DNA from: Sandaracinaceae bacterium
GTDB taxonomy: Bacteria; Myxococcota_A; Polyangia; Polyangiales; Sandaracinaceae
Direction: 5' to 3'
DNA: 37,030 bases
NCBI GenBank assembly: GCA_044220955.1
Contig: JBGAQA010000066.1
Span: 1-37,030, forward strand
A program made the translations under genes and the position numbers. This document shows positions 32,687-37,030 of the stretch, piece after piece (position 1 is the stretch's first letter; each line of letters begins with the position of its first letter). Under the pieces are notes generated by a model. That model did no database searches. It was not told the DNA's origin and was given only the letters and a program-made list of their open reading frames with translations.

Positions 32687-35584
32687 ATGCGCAAGCTCAC
32701 CCTGCGTGCCCTGGCCTGCGCCCTCGTCCTCGGCGCGTGCGCGCTCTCCGAGACGCGCGAGGAGTCCCCTGCGCCCCGCAGCGCTCTCTTGCTCGAGCTC
32801 GAGCAGACCTTCCCCGCGACGCAGCGCTGGTTCGGCATGGTCGCCGACCTCGAGCTCGATACGAGCGCTGGCGAGATCGTGCCCCGCTACGACACGCTCC
32901 ACTCGCCGCTGGTCCTCGCGCGCGACGGCGGCGGGCAGTCGATCGAGGCGCGCCTGCCCGACCACGCGCGCGGTCCGCACACCGTGGCGGTCCACGGGGC
33001 TCCTGGGCTCTGGGTACGTACCCGCGAGCAGGGGATCGCGGACGTCGAGGCCAGGATCGAGTCCGGCGTCGTCGTGTACGCCGGCGCGATCGCTGGTGGC
33101 GGTGACCTGCTCTACAAGCTGACGCCCACGCACGTCGACGAGTACGTCTACCTACGCACCCCGCCCGAGACGCTCACCCGCACCTTCGTCGTCGAGACTG
33201 GCCCTGCGGTCGCGGCTCTTCGCCCGGGGGGCGCTCACCTCGAGGTGCTCGACGGCGAGGGCACCGCGCGGCTGCGCCTCGGGGCCCCGCTCGCACGCGC
33301 GGCTGACGGGACGCGCCGGCGGGGCACGCTGCGAGTCGACGGCGATCGACTGGTGCTCGAGATCGATCTGCGCGGGCTCGCGGCGCCGATCCTGATCGAT
33401 CCGGACTGGTCGACCACGGGCACCATGACGGTCGGCCACTGGGCCGACACCGCGTGGCGCATGAGCGACGGCCGCGTGATGGCCGTCGCCGGCTGTGCCC
33501 TCTCCGGGTGTCCGTCGACCTTCGCGCGCTCTGCCTGCGGACAGGTGCTGGCCGACACGGAGGTCTGGACGGAGGCGAGCGGCCTCTGGTCGGCGGGCCC
33601 GCCGCTCGCGACCGCGCGGTTCTCGTTCGGCGGCGTGTCCATCGGCAGCGGCGACTACCTGGTCGCGGGCGGCTGCACCACGACGGGCTGTGACGCGACG
33701 ACCGCCTCCGCCGAGGTGTATCGAGCGGCGGCAGGCGGGTGGCAGACGGTGGGCGCCTTGCCGCACCCGGTCGCGAACGTGATGGCCGCGGCCCTGCCCG
33801 GCGGGGACGCCCTGGTCGCTGGAGGGTGCGACGAGTCCGGGTGCGTCGCGGACGCGCAGCGCTTCGGGGCGGCGTCCGGCGTCTGGGCGTCCGTCGGGCC
33901 GCTCGCGGCGCCTCGCGGCTTCGCCTCCGCGACGGCACTACCCGATGGGCGCGTGCTCGTGGTCGGCGGCTGTGCCGACCCGGGGTGTGCGAGCGTCCTG
34001 TCGACCGCCGAGCTCTACGATCCGAGCACCGGCCTCTGGTCGCCCGCGGGCACGATGGCGGAGCCCCGGGCGGGTCACACGGCGAGCGCGCTCGGCGACG
34101 GATCGGTGCTCGTGCTCGGCGGGTGCGCCGACGCGGCGTGCATGTTCATCCTGCCGACGGTGGAGATCTGGAGCGACGCCGGCGGCGGCTCCTTCTCGCC
34201 CGGACCGACGATGCTCGGCGCGCGCCACAACCACACGGCGACGACGCTCGACGGCGGCGAGCTCCTGGTCGCCGGCGGCGGTAACGGTGCCGCCGCTTCC
34301 CTGCCGAGCGCGATGGTCTACCTGCCGGGGGAGGCGCGCTGGGTGGAGCTCGACGCGATGAACATGGACCGCGCGTACCACGTCGCCGTCACGCTGAGCT
34401 CTGGACGCGTGCTGCTCGGCGGTGGCTGCAACCCCACGACCTGCATGCCCTGGGCCGAGGTCTACGACCCGGCGACGCTGCCCTTCCACGTCGTCGATGG
34501 CGGTGTGCCGCCGATCGACGCCGGGCTGGACGCGAGCTCCGACTCGGACGCGGGAGACGCGGCGGTGTTCCGGGCCGAGGCGTCCCACCCCGCCGCGTAT
34601 CGCACGGGCGCATCGCGCTGCGCGACGAACACGGCGCAGCAGCTGCCCTGCCCCGTGGAGGGCTATCCGCGCCAGGACGCCGACTACGTCCCCGACGCGA
34701 GATCGCTGACGCTCTCGACGGAGGGCGACGTCACCGACGCCAACACGGGCCTGAGCTGGCAGGCGGGCGACGACGGTCGCACGTACGATCTGGGCGAGGC
34801 CAGGGCGCACTGCGCGACCCTCGCGCCCGCCGGGACCTGGCGCCTTCCGAGCGTCGTCGAGCTCGCGTCGATCGTCGACTACGGCGTGCACGTTCCCTCG
34901 CTCGACCCCCTGTTCGGGCCCGCGCCGTCGACGAACTACTGGAGCGCGACGCCCGTGACCTCGGGCGCGGAGCAGAACTGGACGGTCCGCTTCGACTTCG
35001 GCGAGGTGATCCCGATGGGCGCTTCGCACGCGCTCCCCGTGCGCTGCGTCCGCGGCGAGCCGATCTCGGGCACCGTCCCGGGCCACGTGCGCCGCGCGGG
35101 CGCGCTCGTGGCGACGGGGCCCACCGTGCGCGACGAGGCGACCGGTCTCGAGTGGCAGCGCACCGACGACGGCGTGCGGCGCGACTGGCGCGGCGCGCTC
35201 GAGCACTGCGCGCGCCTCGATCTCGCCGGGCACGCCGACTGGCACCTGCCGAACGTGGCGGAGCTGACCGGCATCGTGGAGTACGGTGGCGCACCGGCCG
35301 GCGCGGCCACGATCGACCGGGTGTTCACCGACGCACGGCCCGATCTCTACTGGACCTCGACCCCCAACGACGGGGCGCCGACGCTCTCGTGGAGCGTGAG
35401 CTTCAACCTCGGGGTCGTCGACGGTGTCACGACCTCGGGCATCACGTACGCCCGATGCGTCCGGCACATCGCACCGCCTCGCCCCGCGCCGAGCGGGTGC
35501 GGGTGCCGCGCCGGCGAACGCCGCGGCGGCGCGATCGCCGTCATCGCGCTCTCGCTCGTGCTCGCGGCCCTACGCCGGCGCTAA
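32687..35584 (+). CDS. Kelch beta-propeller + two DUF1566 (Lcl-like) domains + MYXO-CTERM-like tail
   Basis: LVLGA-C signal; seven kelch-like repeats (DGRVLVVGG…AELYDP..G.W); 2x TGL.WQ…HC..L…W.LP.V.EL…YW…RCVR; tail SGCGCR…LSLVLAALRRR. Confidence 0.9.
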   Translation: MRKLTLRALACALVLGACALSETREESPAPRSALLLELEQTFPATQRWFGMVADLELDTSAGEIVPRYDTLHSPLVLARDGGGQSIEARLPDHARGPHTVAVHGAPGLWVRTREQGIADVEARIESGVVVYAGAIAGGGDLLYKLTPTHVDEYVYLRTPPETLTRTFVVETGPAVAALRPGGAHLEVLDGEGTARLRLGAPLARAADGTRRRGTLRVDGDRLVLEIDLRGLAAPILIDPDWSTTGTMTVGHWADTAWRMSDGRVMAVAGCALSGCPSTFARSACGQVLADTEVWTEASGLWSAGPPLATARFSFGGVSIGSGDYLVAGGCTTTGCDATTASAEVYRAAAGGWQTVGALPHPVANVMAAALPGGDALVAGGCDESGCVADAQRFGAASGVWASVGPLAAPRGFASATALPDGRVLVVGGCADPGCASVLSTAELYDPSTGLWSPAGTMAEPRAGHTASALGDGSVLVLGGCADAACMFILPTVEIWSDAGGGSFSPGPTMLGARHNHTATTLDGGELLVAGGGNGAAASLPSAMVYLPGEARWVELDAMNMDRAYHVAVTLSSGRVLLGGGCNPTTCMPWAEVYDPATLPFHVVDGGVPPIDAGLDASSDSDAGDAAVFRAEASHPAAYRTGASRCATNTAQQLPCPVEGYPRQDADYVPDARSLTLSTEGDVTDANTGLSWQAGDDGRTYDLGEARAHCATLAPAGTWRLPSVVELASIVDYGVHVPSLDPLFGPAPSTNYWSATPVTSGAEQNWTVRFDFGEVIPMGASHALPVRCVRGEPISGTVPGHVRRAGALVATGPTVRDEATGLEWQRTDDGVRRDWRGALEHCARLDLAGHADWHLPNVAELTGIVEYGGAPAGAATIDRVFTDARPDLYWTSTPNDGAPTLSWSVSFNLGVVDGVTTSGITYARCVRHIAPPRPAPSGCGCRAGERRGGAIAVIALSLVLAALRRR

Positions 35585-35596
35585 CCAGGCGCCGCG

Positions 35597-36259
35597 TCAC
35601 GCCGGCGGCGCACCGGGCGCATTCTCGGGCCGCGCACGCTCGGCGTGCGGCGTCGCCATCGCGGCCTCGAAGACGGCGCGCACCCTGGGCATCGGCGAGA
35701 GGTCCGAGCCGAAGCGCCGCGCGCTCCACACCTGGGTCACGAGCAGGATGTCGGCGGCCGTGAGCTCCTCGCCGACGCAGAAGCGGCTCGGGCCGAGCTC
35801 GCTGCCGATCTGCTCGAGCATCTTCTCGAACGCGAGCAGGCCACGCTCGTTGAAGTAGCGCGACCACTCGGTGCGATCTTCGGGCTTCTCCCGTGCGCGG
35901 TTCACGCACGCGGGGCACTGCATGGGCTGGATGCCGGAGTTGACGTACTCCACCAGCTGCCGCGTCCGCGCTCGCCGCCAGGGGTCCGTGGGATACAGGC
36001 GCGGCTCGGGGTGGGTCTCCTCGAGGTACTCGAGAATGGCGACGGACTCGGCCAGGCAGGCGCCGCGCTCGGGCAGGAAGAGCGCCGGGACGCGACCGAG
36101 AGGGTTGCGCGCGAGGTGCTCCGCCGCGAGCTGCTCTCCAGCGCCGAGGTCGACCGTCACGGAGTCGAAGGCGATCCCCTTGTGCATCAGCGCCCAGCGC
36201 ACGCGCCACGAGGAGGATGAGCGCCAGAACTGATAGAGGATCGGCTTCGTGCTGGACAT
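35597..36259 (-). CDS. maiA: Maleylacetoacetate isomerase / zeta-class GST
   Basis: LYQFWRSSSSWRVRWAL, NPLGRVPAL, ESVAILEYLEE, SGIQP, TAADILL, ARPENAP. Confidence 0.88.
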   Translation of the reverse strand: MSSTKPILYQFWRSSSSWRVRWALMHKGIAFDSVTVDLGAGEQLAAEHLARNPLGRVPALFLPERGACLAESVAILEYLEETHPEPRLYPTDPWRRARTRQLVEYVNSGIQPMQCPACVNRAREKPEDRTEWSRYFNERGLLAFEKMLEQIGSELGPSRFCVGEELTAADILLVTQVWSARRFGSDLSPMPRVRAVFEAAMATPHAERARPENAPGAPPA

Positions 36260-36334
36260 CGCCCGAGCAGCGTGTGGCGCACGACGAGCCGCTGGTTGAT
36301 CGCTGACAAGCACGGCCCGTCGCGCGCGACGCGA

Positions 36335-36820
36335 TCAGCGTGTCAGCGGGCAGTCGCGGCCGCACACCTGGACGCCGTCCCCGCAGTCGGTCGGCAGGCC
36401 CGTCGCGCAGATCAGCTGGCACCCACCGCCCGTCGGGCAGCGCAGCACGCAGCCCGCGAGATCGTCGCACGTCGCGCGGCACCCGCCGCCCTCGCACGTC
36501 GTGTCGCAGCCGCCCGTGCCCGTGCACGCGATCTCGGACGCCATCCCGACGTGGAAGGAGCAGAGGTGCGTGCTCGTGCACGTCGCGGTGCAGTCGAGGC
36601 CGCAGGCGGCCGTGCAGCCGCCCGTTCCGGTGCACGCCGCAGCGCAGTGGTCGCCGCAGATCATGGAGCAAGCGGCGAGCCCCGTGCACGTGCAGGCGCC
36701 GCTGACGCAGATGCAGCCGAGGCCGCCGGCGCTGCAGCGCGGCGAACCTCCGGGGTTCGGCGACGCGCTGCACGCGCCGATCGCGGCGCTCACGGCGAAG
36801 AGGGCGAGGGCTCGGACCAT
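36335..36820 (-). CDS. Cys-repeat lipoprotein (about 18-aa period)
   Basis: AAIGA-C lipobox from ATG 36820; repeats of C-x5-C-x3-C-x3-C-x3. Confidence 0.8.
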   Translation of the reverse strand: MVRALALFAVSAAIGACSASPNPGGSPRCSAGGLGCICVSGACTCTGLAACSMICGDHCAAACTGTGGCTAACGLDCTATCTSTHLCSFHVGMASEIACTGTGGCDTTCEGGGCRATCDDLAGCVLRCPTGGGCQLICATGLPTDCGDGVQVCGRDCPLTR

Positions 36821-36953
36821 CGACCTCGAGGGTACGCCAAGTCCGAGGGCGGAGGGTTGGGTGGGCCCACTGCGCGCGCGTCGGCGGAACAACGTCCGGA
36901 GCGCGCGCGGTCTTGCCAGCGTGGGGACCTCGGCTCGATCGCGCGCACCGTGG

Positions 36954-37030
36954 ATGATCCTGGTGCTCGGGATCTTGCTCTTCGGGGCCGGGCGTGTGGC
37001 CGACAGCGAGGTCGAGAGCGAGAGCGAGAG
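36954..37030 (+). CDS. 5' part of a CDS running off the window (MILVLGILLFGAG…SEVESESE)
   Basis: Hydrophobic signal-like stretch then an SE repeat; in-frame GTG 36921 is an alternative start; no stop before the edge. Confidence 0.45.
   Translation, partial: MILVLGILLFGAGRVADSEVESESE

Noticed and set aside
28999..33105. 1368-aa plus-strand ORF and similar antisense ORFs (e.g. 16553-19537, 5145-7532, 1307-3211)
   Set aside because: Shadow ORFs opposite well-supported genes; no motifs, and explained by stop-codon scarcity.

Overview
Very GC-rich, gene-dense bacterial DNA with a Myxococcota (Polyangiales/Sandaracinus-like) signature: MYXO-CTERM tails, Cys-rich 'DAG'-linker lipoproteins and a Ser/Thr kinase next to a TPR/PEGA gene. 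About 35 complete CDS and two edge fragments are supported. Housekeeping genes are prfB (with its +1 programmed frameshift), lpdA, a 2-oxoacid dehydrogenase E1-alpha, a DTW/TapT tRNA modifier, maiA and a GDPD. The most notable locus is a tightly coupled minus-strand operon (25626-32511). It has a PlsA/PlsR-like pair (double ASKHA activase plus dehydratase-like domains, the anaerobic plasmalogen/ether-lipid reductase architecture) followed by a NitT/TauT-type ABC importer, with two FNR-like boxes upstream. Second is a porin-MbnP-MbnH-like operon (8620-12203) with a non-canonical MbnP Trp motif and GTGAC repeats upstream. Many genes have a -10-like hexamer only 5-8 nt before the start codon, suggesting leaderless mRNAs, and three have sigma54-type -24/-12 motifs. 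I recognised no tRNA, rRNA, CRISPR array or mobile element. All family calls come from motif recognition by eye; no database searches were run.
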